From NCBI RefSeq assembly GCF_044704955.1, contig NW_027252668.1, positions 4,464,001-4,528,000 on the forward strand: a DNA stretch of 64,000 nucleotides, given 5' to 3'. The stretch's first letter is position 1, and each line of letters begins with the position of its first letter. Both the position numbers and the translations under genes were made by a program. Source of the DNA: Pristiophorus japonicus (Eukaryota). Below the pieces are notes generated by a model. It worked only from the letters and a program-made list of their open reading frames with translations. It was not told the origin of the DNA and made no database searches. Shown here in pieces: positions 11,840-23,594 of the stretch.

Positions 11840-14108
11840 ATTTGATCCGATTTTTGTACGCCGCCGCGGAGTGTCTGATTAAGGTTAACGGGTCCTTGAC
11901 GGCGCCCCTTCGCTTTAGGAGAGGGGTGCGCCAGGGATGCCCCATGTCCGGCCAGTTATACGCCGTTTGCTTGGAGCCTTTCCTGCGCCTCTTGCGGACG
12001 AGGTTGACGGGACTGGCTCTGCAAGGGCCGGGCGTGGAGTTCGTCCTCTCGGCTTACGCCGATGATGTGCTCCTCGCGGTAGAGGATCCCGCTGACCTGC
12101 GGAGGATGCGTGAGTGCCAGGAGATTTACTCGGCTGCGTCCTCCGCCAGGATCAACTGGGAGAAATGTTCCGGACTCCTGGTGGATCAGTGGCGGGTGGA
12201 CTCCCTGCCGGAGGAGCTCAGGCCTTTTGCCTGGAGCACGACCCATCTCCTCTATCTGGGAGTCTACCTTAGCCCCGACGAGGGAGCCTGGCCGGCGAAC
12301 TGGCAGGAGCTGGAGGCCAAGGTCACCGCTCGCCTAGGGCGCTGGACAGGACTGCTCCGAGTGCTGTCCTACAGGGGTCGAGCGCTAGTCATAAACCAGC
12401 TGGTGGCCGCAATGTTGTGGTACCGGCTGGTCACTTTGACCCCTCCCCCTGCGTTTGTCGCCAAGATACAGAAGAAGCTGGTGGACTTCTTCTGGAACAA
12501 CAGGAAGCACTGGGTCTCTGCTGCGGTCTTGAGTCTCCCGCTTGAGGAGGGCAGTCAGTCGTTGGTGTGCGTCAGCGCCCAGCTCGCGACTTTCCGTCTT
12601 CAGACCCTGCAGAGATACCTTTACGTCGAGCCCCCTCCTAGGTGGTGTGCTCTGGCGAGGTATTTCTTCCGCCAGCAGCGCGACCTCAATTATGACACGC
12701 AGCTCCTGTTTGTGAACTTGGGGGGTGCCAGGACCGCCCTCCGGGAGCTGCCTGTCTTTTACAGGGAACTCATCAGGGTCTGGAACAAAATCTCCACCAT
12801 GCGCAGCTCTCCGCCGGCTGGAGTGGCGGCCGTCCTGCAGGAGCCGCTGCTCGGGAATCCGTACCTCCACGACCGAGGGTTTATGTGGCGGTCGGAAGAG
12901 AGGGCTGTGGCTGGTGAGGTGACCAGGGTCAGGGACCTGCTCGATGGTGGAGGAGCGGGCTGGATGGCGCCAGACACGCTGGCGCGGCGCCTAAACTCTG
13001 CCAACGTCCGCCACGCGGCCGATGCCATCGAGTCGCTAAAAACAGCTCTGGGCCCTGACTCCGTTAGGTGCATCGAGGAGGCTCAAGCACGTGGGGAGAT
13101 CCCGTCCGAACTGACCCCCGTCCGGACGGAATTCCTCATCGGCGCCAAACCCCGGAACCTCCCTCGGGGGCCGGCGCCTCACAACTTGAGCCGCCTCGGG
13201 GAAATTCCCTCCGTGCCTTTCAATTCCGCGCGGAGGGGTTTCCTGTACGTGCTGCTCCTGCACACTCTCAACTTTGCCATCCTCGCCGGCCGTCCGGACA
13301 CGCCATGGCATACCATCTTGCCGTCCGGAGGAGGCGGGGGTCCCCGATGGAGGGCACTCTACGCAGGGGTCCTCCCACTATTCATCGGGGACTTGGCCTG
13401 GAGGGTGGTGCACGGAGCAGTGCCGTGCAACAAATTTTTAAGCCGGTTCACGGACTCCCAGGCCGCCTGCAATTTCTGCGGTCTGGAGGAGTCCGTGTTC
13501 CATGTTTTTATCGAGTGCACGAGGTTGCAGCCCCTGTTCCATTATTTGAAGGGGCTGCTCCTGAAATTCTGGCTGCACTTCAGTCCCACTCTCCTGATCT
13601 TTGGGCACCCTGTGCGGAGGGGAGCGGGTAGGTCCGAAGGCCTCCTCGTAGGACTGCTCCTGGGCACGGCCAAGGGTGCCATCAGCCGGTCCAGGCAGCG
13701 GGCGGTCGAGGGGGGTCGTTCAACCTGACTGCCTGCCTCTCTTCCGCTCTTACATCCGGTCCAGGGTGTCCTTGGAGATGGAGCACGCGGTGTCCACTGG
13801 TACGCTCGCGGCCTTTCGCGAGAGGTGGGCACCGGAGGGACTGGAGTGCATCATCACACCCGGCAACCAAATTTTAATTTGATTTTACGTTTTAAAGTTT
13901 AATTTGTTTTCATTGCCGGTGCTTTTAGTGACCCCCTCCCCTTTTATAGGGGGCACTGGAAAAATTTGATTTTAGCGCCCCAAAAAAAAAACAAAAAAAA
14001 AAGGAAAAAAAGAAAAAAAAAAGGGGCCTTGAAAATGTATGCTGTGTCACCCAGGCGGGTGGCATGGTTTTAATGTTTATGGTTATTTTCAGGTAAACTC
14101 AAAAGAGT
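11840..14108 (+). mobile_element. Tx1-clade retrotransposon, 5'-truncated copy 3; +1 frameshift in G-run near 13710
   Basis: Same 5' junction; ORF splits into 11671-13728 and 13676-13882; 3' UTR visibly more divergent than copies 1, 2 and 4. Confidence 0.88.
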
Positions 14109-14116
14109 TTCATGCA

Positions 14117-14394
14117 ATTTGATTTACGTTTTAAAGTTTAATTTGTTTTAATTGCCGGTGCTTTTAGTGTCCCCTTCCCTTTTATAGGGGGCACTGGGGA
14201 AAAATTGTGATTTTAGTGCCCAAAAAAAAAACTACAAAAAAAAAGAAAAACACAAAAAAAATAACCCAAAAAAAGGAAAAAAAGGGCCTTGTAAATGTCT
14301 GGTGTGTCACCCAGGTCGGGTGGCACGGTTTAATGTTTTATGTTTTGCAGGTAGACTCTAATAGAGTTTCATGCACAAGGGCTCCAAAAAGAGT
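14117..14394 (+). mobile_element. Two further Tx1 remnants: 3'-UTR-only copy (14117-14367) and 14-bp 3' tip (14381-14394)
   Basis: 14117-14367 matches the UTR of the long copies; GCTCCAAAAAGAGT is flanked by 13-bp direct repeats TTCATGCACAAGG (14368-14380, 14395-14407). Confidence 0.85.
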
Positions 14395-14571
14395 TTCATG
14401 CACAAGGACCTCCAGGTCCCTCTGCACCGCAGCATGTTGTAATTTCTCCCTATTCAGCCATCTTCACAAAGCAATCCTGCAAAAACATCGGAGGGACGAG
14501 GGAGTGGGAGTTTTTGCTGGGACCGTGCAGGAGTTAATATCTGACAGAAATAGTTCGAGATTAGTTTAGTT

Positions 14572-14830
14572 AGAGAAACTTCTTCACCCAGAGAGTGGTG
14601 AACCTGTGGAATTCTCTACCACAGAAAGTTGTTGAGGCCAATTCACTAAATATATTCAAAAAGGAGTTAGATGAAGTCCTTACTACTAGGGGGATCAAGG
14701 GGTATGGCGAGAAAGCAGGAATGGGGTACTGAAGTTGTATGTTCAGCCATGAACTCATTGAATGGCGGTGCAGGCTGGAGGGGCCGAATGGCCTACTCCT
14801 GCACCTATTTTCTATGTTTCTATGTTTCTA
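14572..14830 (+). mobile_element. CR1 3' tip, (TTCTATGT)n-tailed subfamily
   Basis: RVVNLWNSLPQKVVEA coding remnant and tail; TTAGAG on both sides; absent from paralogous site near 39065. Confidence 0.85.
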
Positions 14831-14849
14831 TTAGAGTCAAACACTCGGT

Positions 14850-15760
14850 CACTGAGAGTAATATCGAAGTGGATAATCAAGAGGTTATATGTAGGGAGGA
14901 ACTTATTGCAATCACTATCACGAATGAAGTAGTACTCGGTGTAATAATGGGACGAAAGACGGGCAAGTCGCCTGGAATTGATGGCTTACATCCTGTGGTC
15001 TTATGAAATGTAGCTGTAGAGATAGTGGATGCATTGTTTGTAATCTACCAAAATTCCCTGGATTGTGGGATGGTCCCAGAAGATTGGAAAACCGCAAATG
15101 TAACATCCTTATTTAAAAAAGGAGGCAGACAAAAAGCAGGAAACTATCACCCAGTTAACCTAACATCTATCAATGGGAAAATGCTGGAGTCCATTATTAA
15201 TGAAGCAGTAGCAGGACATTTGGAAAAGCATGATTCATTCAAACAGCATGGTTTTATGAAAGGGAAATCATGTTTGACAAATTTGCTGGAGTTCTTTGAG
15301 GATGTAACGAGCAGAGTGGATAAGGGGGAACCTGTGGATGTGGTGTATTTGGATTTTCAGAAGGCATTCGATAAAGTGCCACATAAGAGGTTACTGCACA
15401 AGATAAAAGCTTATGGGATTGGGAATAATATATGCTTGGATAGAGGATTGGCTAACGAACAGAAAACAGAGAGTCGAGATAAATGGGTCATTTTCCGGTT
15501 GGCAAACAGTAACTAGTGGGGTGTCGCAGGGATTGGTGCTGGGTACTCAACTATTTACAATCAATATTAATGACCTGGATGATGGGATCGAGTTTAATTT
15601 AGCCCTCTGGTGGCTGTACAGAGTAAATACAAGTATACAGATATAACAAAAGGGTTATGCGGAGCGGGCAGGGAAGTGGAGCTGAGTCCATGATCAGATC
15701 AGCCATGATTTTATTGAATGGCAGAGCATGCTCGAGGGATCAAATGGCCTACTCCTGCTC
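14850..15760 (+). mobile_element. Older CR1 fragment, internally deleted paralog of 39075-40873
   Basis: KSPGIDGLHP, VPEDWKTANV, YLDFQKAFDKVPH; jumps to 3' UTR near 15640. Confidence 0.85.
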
Positions 15761-16226
15761 TGATCACAGCCAAGCGAGTGATAAATGTGGGACACTGTTT
15801 CTCTCACTCTCTGACACTGTCCCGCAGTGTGGGATTCATAATGTGTCTGTCTCTGGTACAATATAGTGAGAGAGGAGACTTCATCTTCTGTCTCTCCAGA
15901 ATAAAACGGGACTTCACAGGTCAGTCTGGAACTGATACTGTGCATGTCTTTCTGTGTCTCACCGCCCGACCTCGCACTCTCCTGTCTCTCGCTCAGACCT
16001 CTCCCCTCTCTCTCTGCCTCTCTGTTGCTATTCGCTCTCTCTTGTACTGGTTGTGAAGGCGGGATACTGTTATTTAGCGTGATGTGGAAACACTGTTGGA
16101 AGTGCAAGACGGATAATGTCTCTGTTTCTCTCTCTGGTGCAATACATGAAGGTGTAGCACTGTTACTGAGCGTATTATGGAGACACTGATACAAAGTGTA
16201 AAACTGATACTGTATCTGTCTGTGTC

Positions 16227-16715
16227 TGGGCGACCAACATCCTCAAGGTTGTGGCCGATGGCAAGGATCGCAGAGGAATGTCCCTGGCCACGATAAAGAA
16301 GACTCTGGCGGCCAAAGGTGTGGATGTGGAGAAGCGCAGGTCCCAGATCAGATTCAGTAATCAGAAGAATGTGATGAATGGCTCCCTGAAGCAGATCAAG
16401 GGCACGGGCGCCTCGGGCTCCTTCAAAATCGCTAAGACGGATCCCCAGGAGAAAGTGGGAAAGAAGGTGAAGAAGCCAGCAGCCAAGAAAGCAGCAGCCA
16501 AGAAATCTCCAGCAAAGAAAGCAGCAACTAAGAAAACGAGCACCAAGAAGGCACCAACAGCAAAAAAGATAGCGAAAGGGCCGGCTGGGAAGAAGGCGGC
16601 GGTGAAGAAACCCAAGAGCCCCAAGAAAATGAAGGCGACCAAAAAGGTGGAGAACCCGAGGGTCAAGGCCACGTCCAAATCAGCAAAGGCCAAGAAAGCA
16701 GCGCCCAAAAAGTAA
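16227..16715 (+). pseudogene. H1: Histone H1, 5'-deleted copy A (no promoter or ATG)
   Basis: Globular-domain remnant [10 protein letters not shown] and K/A/P tail; relative to copy B about 1.2 kb (approx. 41376-42544) is missing. Confidence 0.9.
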
Positions 16716-16749
16716 ATAAAAAGGCAACTTCTAAACATTTAAACCTAAA

Positions 16750-16790
16750 GGCTCTTCTCAGAGCCACCCACGCCTTTCAGAAAAGAGCTG
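16750..16790 (+). terminator. Histone 3' stem-loop and downstream element (H1 copy A)
   Basis: GGCTCT-TCTC-AGAGCC-ACCCA followed by AGAAAAGAGCTG (U7 HDE). Confidence 0.92.
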
Positions 16791-16889
16791 ATCCCGGAAT
16801 CAAATAATCCCTGTCCCGGGCTCAGATTCCAGAAAGAAATCATTGAAAATGACCCCGGGATCCCTCGTGACTCATTGCCATTGGCTGCA

Positions 16890-17175
16890 CCCAACCCCGC
16901 CCCTACCCCAGGGTCTGCACCCGCCCCTACCCCAGTATCTGCACCCACCCCTCCCCCAGTGTCTGCACACACCCCTCTCCCAGTGCCTGCACCCACCCCT
17001 CCCCCAGTGCCTGCACCCTCCCCCAGTGTCTGCACCCACCCCTCCCCAGTGCCTGCTCCCACCCCTCCCCCAGTGTCTGCACCCACCCCCCACCCCCAGT
17101 GTCTGCACCCACCCACCCCCCCAGTGTCTGCACCCACCCCTCCCCCAGTGTCTGCACACACCCCTCCCCCTGTGC
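16890..17175. repeat. About 23-bp C-rich minisatellite (CCCCTCCCCAGTGTCTGCACCCA); shorter paralog at 43380-43465
   Basis: Roughly 12 units here against about 4 in copy B. Confidence 0.9.
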
Positions 17176-17797
17176 CTACAATAAAACACAGAGAATGGAA
17201 TGTCCGGCCCGGGACTCACTGTAACTGGGATTTGAGTCCGGCTCCAGTCTCAGTTCCTGGTCATTGTCATTTCACAGATTCAGGGGGAAGAGTCTCTGTG
17301 AGACGATGGGACTGGCGGCGATATCTCGCCTCACAACTCAAACTCCAAACTCCAGATTCTCAAAATCAGCTGGAATAAGGTGTTTGTAAAGTGCTGAACC
17401 GGTCTGTGAGAGGAGATGGAATGAAGTCTGAGATTGACAGGGAACGGACTATATAGGCGGGAATATTCCTGATTGTGAATTGTACCGGGACCTTATTTAA
17501 CAGGTTCTGGTCCCTGGAAGCCTTGAATATGAATTCCGAGTCTGTAAGGGTTTGTGCGAAGCACTGTGTATCGGTTGTATTGTGGAGAAAACAATTTGAA
17601 ATTGGCGGTTGTAGAAAGCTGGAGGTGGAGCTGGAAGATCAGAGGCGGCGCTCTGCTCTGTCTCTCAATCTCAATCTTGATTCTGTCTCCTCCCCTTCCC
17701 GCCTCTCTCACTCTGCGCTTTCTCAGTCAGGTCGGGCCGGCTCTCTCAAAAATGAGCCAGGAGGAGTTGGTTCCTCATTCAGCGACAGTTTGAGTGA

Positions 17798-18118
<321 letters not shown>

Positions 18119-18257
18119 ACAACTCCACCCTTTCCACCCAGCACAACACAAAGGCTCTTTTAAGAGCCACCCACCTCCTCACAGAGAGAGCAGTGACCTG
18201 GGGATGGGAGTGTGGACAGTTTGGGTGGGAAATTATTTCAGCTATTTAATTAAAGGA

Positions 18258-18345
18258 AACACTTTGATATATATAGCGCCTTACACGGCCATCGGACTTC
18301 TCAAAGCCAATAAAGTACTTTTGCAGTGCAGTCGCTGTAGGAATA
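18258..18345 (-). mobile_element. 3' fragment of DeuSINE/SacSINE1-like SINE
   Basis: TATATAGCGCCTT...AGCCAATAAAGTACTTTT resembles the 3' end of the element at 47929-48347. Confidence 0.5.
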
Positions 18346-18699
18346 TGGGAACTATTAAATATTTTAGAACAATAGTTTAATATGAGATCAGAAACTCCGG
18401 GTGTCCCGGTCACAATGAGCGGGCGGGGATACACAGTCTCCTTTAACCGACATTACAGTCTCCCCTCACAGATAATCCTGTAATGTTGTGAGCTTTGTGT
18501 GACAATTGATGAAACGGGACGGCACTGGCGGGATGGATGCGGGACTTTGTGTTTACAGGATGCAGTGACCGGGGAATTATTCCCGCCCGCTACAGACCCA
18601 TCAGGGAATGGGACAGAATTAAAACCGGAATGTTAAAGAGAATGGGATTGGTGATTTATAATGGGGCACCATCGAGGTTATAAAGAGCCGGATTCTTAA

Positions 18700-19379
<680 letters not shown>

Positions 19380-19742
19380 ACTCTTCCTGCCCGGGCTCCA
19401 AGCTTTCGCACCAAGTGCAACAACGGCTCTTTTCAGAGCCACCAAATCAGCAAAGGAAAGGGCTGCGACCCGCTCCACGCAAACTGTCCCGTGTACACAC
19501 CGTGCACGTCTTGTAGTGTTACTATAACTGGGGCTTTATGTAGTGTAGGCGGTGATTATCTGACGGTGCGGCTTTCATACATGTATCGATGCGAGTCAGA
19601 TGCCCAGTATACCGACTACACCAGCCCAATGTGGGTCGCTAACTAAGTGGGAGATGTGATAGTGAATTGATCCCACTGCACATACCGGTACAGATTCCAG
19701 AGAGGGGACGAGCTGTCTGTAATCTGTATCTCACCTTTTAAC

Positions 19743-20231
19743 CAGCGAAGGTTCACCAGACTGATTCCCGGGATGGCGGGACTGACCTATCAAGAAAGAC
19801 TGGATCAACTGGGCTTGTATTCACTGGAGTTCAGAAGAATGAGAGGGGACCTCATAGAAACATATAAAATTCTGACGGGGTTAGATGCAGGAAGAATGTT
19901 CCCAATGTTGGGGAAGTCCAGAACCAGGGGTCACAGTCTAAGGATAAGGGGTAAGCCATTTAGGACCGAGATGCGGAGGAACTTCTTCACCCAGAGAGTG
20001 GTGAACCTGTGGAATTCTCTACCACAGAAAGTTGTTGAGGCCAATTCACTAAATATATTCAAAAAGGAGTTAGATGAGGTCCTTACTGCTAGGGGGATCA
20101 AGGGGTATGGCGAGAAAGCAGGAATGGGGTACTGAAGTTGAATGTTCAGCCATGAACTCATTGAATGGCGGTGCAGGCTAGAAGGGCCGAATGGCCTACT
20201 CCTGCACCTATTTTCTATGTTTCTATGTTTC
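19743..20231 (+). mobile_element. CR1 3' fragment inserted in the H3-H2A spacer of copy A only
   Basis: RT C-terminus plus TTCTATGT tail; empty site in copy B near 45245. Confidence 0.92.
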
Positions 20232-20629
20232 TTAATGCGGGCACAGGTCGGATACTATTTGGGATATTTTAAATTAGCCATGAGATGGAATTCCATCCTT
20301 CTGTACGCAAATTTAAAAAAAAGATAAAAGTCCTCATGGATCAATCTGTTCAGAATGTATATATTTCTCCCTATGGAATTATTACTCCTATAAAAGTCAG
20401 TGAGCCCATCAACCGCTCATTCCTTTATACTCGGCTCTTATCATCCGGTTCACATTCGGCTGTCCCAACATGTTCAATAACTAGCGGTCTGACGTTCAGC
20501 TTCCGTCGATTTTGTATAAAATTAGATCAGTGACAATTGTGATCCACAAAACAGAAAGCAGCCCTTTCACAGATACTGTGGGTGGCTCTGAAAAGAGCCT
20601 TTGGGTTATTAGATTAAATCCTGTCCGCT

Positions 20630-21004
20630 TTACTTGCCCTTGGGCGCACTGGCGGTTTTCTTGGGCAGCAGCACAGCCTGGATATTAGGCAGCACTCCAC
20701 CCTGAGCGATGGTCACCTTTCCCAGCAGCTTGTTGAGCTCCTCGTCGTTGCGGATGGCCAGCTGTAGGTGTCTGGGGATGATGCGGGTCTTCTTGTTGTT
20801 GCCGGCCAGCTCCAGGATTTCAGCGGTCAGATACTCGAGCACAGCAGCCATGTAGACCGGGGCTCCGGCACCCACACGCTCAGCGTAGTTCCCCTTTCGC
20901 AGATGCCTGTGAACACGGCCCACAGGGAACTGCAGTCCGGCCCGCGAGGAGCGAGACTTGGCCTTGGCCCGAACTTTACCGCCACTTTTTCCTCTCCCAG
21001 ACAT
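20630..21004 (-). CDS. H2A: Histone H2A (copy A) with in-frame 12-bp deletion (AARD), possibly a pseudogene
   Basis: [11 protein letters not shown] versus [15 protein letters not shown] in copy B; stem-loop 20584-20599; TATA at 21062-21066. Confidence 0.9.
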   Translation of the reverse strand: MSGRGKSGGKVRAKAKSRSSRAGLQFPVGRVHRHLRKGNYAERVGAGAPVYMAAVLEYLTAEILELAGNNKKTRIIPRHLQLAIRNDEELNKLLGKVTIAQGGVLPNIQAVLLPKKTASAPKGK

Positions 21005-21479
21005 TTCCACAATCCACACGTTCAGAGAAAAAATGAGAAACTTCTCCGATAACTGCTTTTCTTATACCTTCTGGAGGAATGTGGGGTGTGAACTTGTAAT
21101 TGGTCGCTCGGTGGTGAATTTCATTCGTCTTTTCAGATGACCAATCACACTCTGTTGAGCCCACCAATGAAAGTAGGGCGGAAATTACTGTATCCAACAG
21201 TCAGAATAACGATTTTTAATTCAAAAACCCCGCCAAGAAATTTTAAAATAGCGGATTATGTTAATATAAATTCACCATTAGTCAAAGATTTCCCAACACG
21301 TTTTAATTAATTTTGTCTTTTACATATTTCCCTTGCAAGTTCCAGGCTGTTACAATCAGGATTAAATTCGGGTACTATTTCAAACTGTAATGGGCGGGAA
21401 TCAATCTCCACCGATTCTGTAATGGGACATATTCCAACTCAATCTTTGTAAAAGTTGGGTTTCACAGATTATTTTCTCT

Positions 21480-21706
21480 GCCTTCCACTTTTAATATTCT
21501 CCTTTCCATCCTTTGCTTCTGCCCCCCTTCTATTTCCCTCTGTCTCCCTGCATAGGTTCCCATCCCCCTGCCACATTAGATTAACTCCTCCCCAACAGCA
21601 CTAGCAAGCACTCCCCCTAGGATATTGGTTCCGATCTTGCCCAGGTGCAGACCGTCCGATTTGTACTGGTCCCACCTCCCCCAGAACTGGTTCCAATGTC
21701 CCAGGA
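21480..21706 (-). mobile_element. CR1 ORF1 end (esterase-like) and inter-ORF fragment, at the right breakpoint of duplicated copy A
   Basis: Minus strand reads LGHWNQFWGRWDQYKSDGLHLGKIGTNILGG, with the DGLH motif of CR1 ORF1 SGNH-type domains. Confidence 0.75.
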
Positions 21707-22780
21707 TGTATGTATCTATCCTTGCGCTGCCAGCGTCTGGTATGGGTGTATGTATCTATCTGTGCCTGTCAGTCTGTGGTATGGGAGTATGTATTTATCA
21801 CCGTACCTGACAGATACTGTTATGGGAGTATATATCTATCTGTGTGCCAGTCAATCTCTGGTATGGGAGTATGTATCTATTTCTGTGCCTGTCAGTGCAT
21901 GGTATGGGAGTATGCATCTATCTGTGCCTGTCAGTCTCTGATATGGGCGTATATATCTATATGTGTGCTGCCAATGTCTGGTATGGGTGTATGTATCTTT
22001 CTCTGTGCCAGTTAGTGTCTGGTAAGGATGTTTCCAGTTATGTGAATGTCAATCTCTGTTATGGGAGTATGTATCCATCTCTGTGCCTGTCGGTCGCTGG
22101 TGTCGAAGTATGTATCTATTTGTGTACCTGTCAGTCTCTGGTATGGGCGTATGTATCTATCCATGCGCTGTCAGTGTCAGGTATGAGTGCATGTGTCTAT
22201 CTCTGTGCTGTCAGTATCTGGTATGGGTGTATGTATCTATCTGTGCGCTGTCAATCTCTGGTATGGGAGTATGTATCTATCTCTGTCCCTTTCAGTTGCT
22301 AATATATACCTGTCAGTTTCTGGTATGTGAGTGAGCGGTTTATACCTATCAGTTTCTGATATGTGAGTGTGGAGTTTAATCTGCACCTATTGGTTTCTGG
22401 TACATGAGTGTGTATTTTATCTGTCCCTGTCAATCTATGGTATAGGAGTGTGCGTTTAATTTGTATATGTCAGTTTCTGGTACGCGAGTGTGGGTTTTAG
22501 TCTTTATCTGTCAGTCTCTGGTGTGTGACTGTTTTTTCTTCTTTCTATCTGTCAGTTTCTGGGATGTGAGTGTGGATTTTATTTCATACCTATCAGCCAT
22601 ATGTGAGTGTGTGTTTCACTCTGTAACTGTCTGTCTCGGGTTTGTGAGTATGGTCTTTTCTCTGTATCTGTCAGTTTCTGTTATGAGACTCTGGGTCTTA
22701 TTCTGTACATGTCATGTTCTGGTATGTGAGTGTGGGGGGTTACTCTGTACCTGTCAGTTTCTGTTATGGGAGTGTGAAAA
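21707..22780. repeat. 39-bp satellite variant grading into the 41-bp family
   Basis: GTATGTATCTATCTGTGCCTGTCAGTCTGTGGTATGGGA period 39 up to about 22300, then 40-41-bp units. Confidence 0.85.
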
Positions 22781-23290
22781 GCAGAATATTTATTAAAAGG
22801 TGAGAGACTAGTCAATGCTGTTATTGTGAGGGATTTGAATGTCTCAGTAAACACATCACAGAAAGTTAATGTGCAGGAACAGGAAGCAATTAGGAAGGTA
22901 AAAGTTTTGGGCCTATACCCTTGGAGATGAGAAGAATGAGAGGTGATCTCAATGAAACATCAGATTCTGAGGGGGATTTACAGAGTAGATGCCGAGAGGC
23001 TGCTTCCCCTGGCTGGAGTGTAGAACTAGGAGCGAAAGACTCACGATAAGGGCTCGGCCATTTAGGACTGAGATGAGGAGACACTTGTTCACTCAGAGGG
23101 GTGTGAATCTTTGGAATTCTCTACTGCAGAGGGCAGCGGATGCTCAGTCGATGACTGTATTTGAGACTGAGATCGGGAGGTTTTTGGGCACTAAGAGTTA
23201 TGGGGATAAGGTGGGTAAATGGAACTGAGATAGAAGTTCAGTTCAGGTGTTATTGAAAGATAGAGCTGGCTCGAGGGGCTGCATGACGTA
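22780..23290 (+). mobile_element. Old CR1 3' fragment, duplicated at 34265-34740
   Basis: RPFRTEMRRHLFTQRGVNLWNSL in both places. Confidence 0.8.
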
Positions 23291-23594
23291 TTATTACTGT
23301 TATTTCTTATTTTATTTTAGCTGTCACTCCCTGGGTTGTGAATGTGAGTTTTAGTCTGTATCTGTTAGACTCTAATATGTGAGTGTGGGATTTACTTTAT
23401 AGCTATCTGTCTCTTCGATGCGAGTGTGGGGTTTAATCTATACCTCTGTTAGTCTCTGGTATGTGAGTGTGGGGTTTATTCTGTACCTGTCAGTTTCTGG
23501 TATGTGCTTAATCTCTGCTTGTCAGTTTCTGATATGTGAATGTATGTTTTATTCTGTACTTGTCAGTCTATTGTCAGTATGTGAATGTGTGTTT

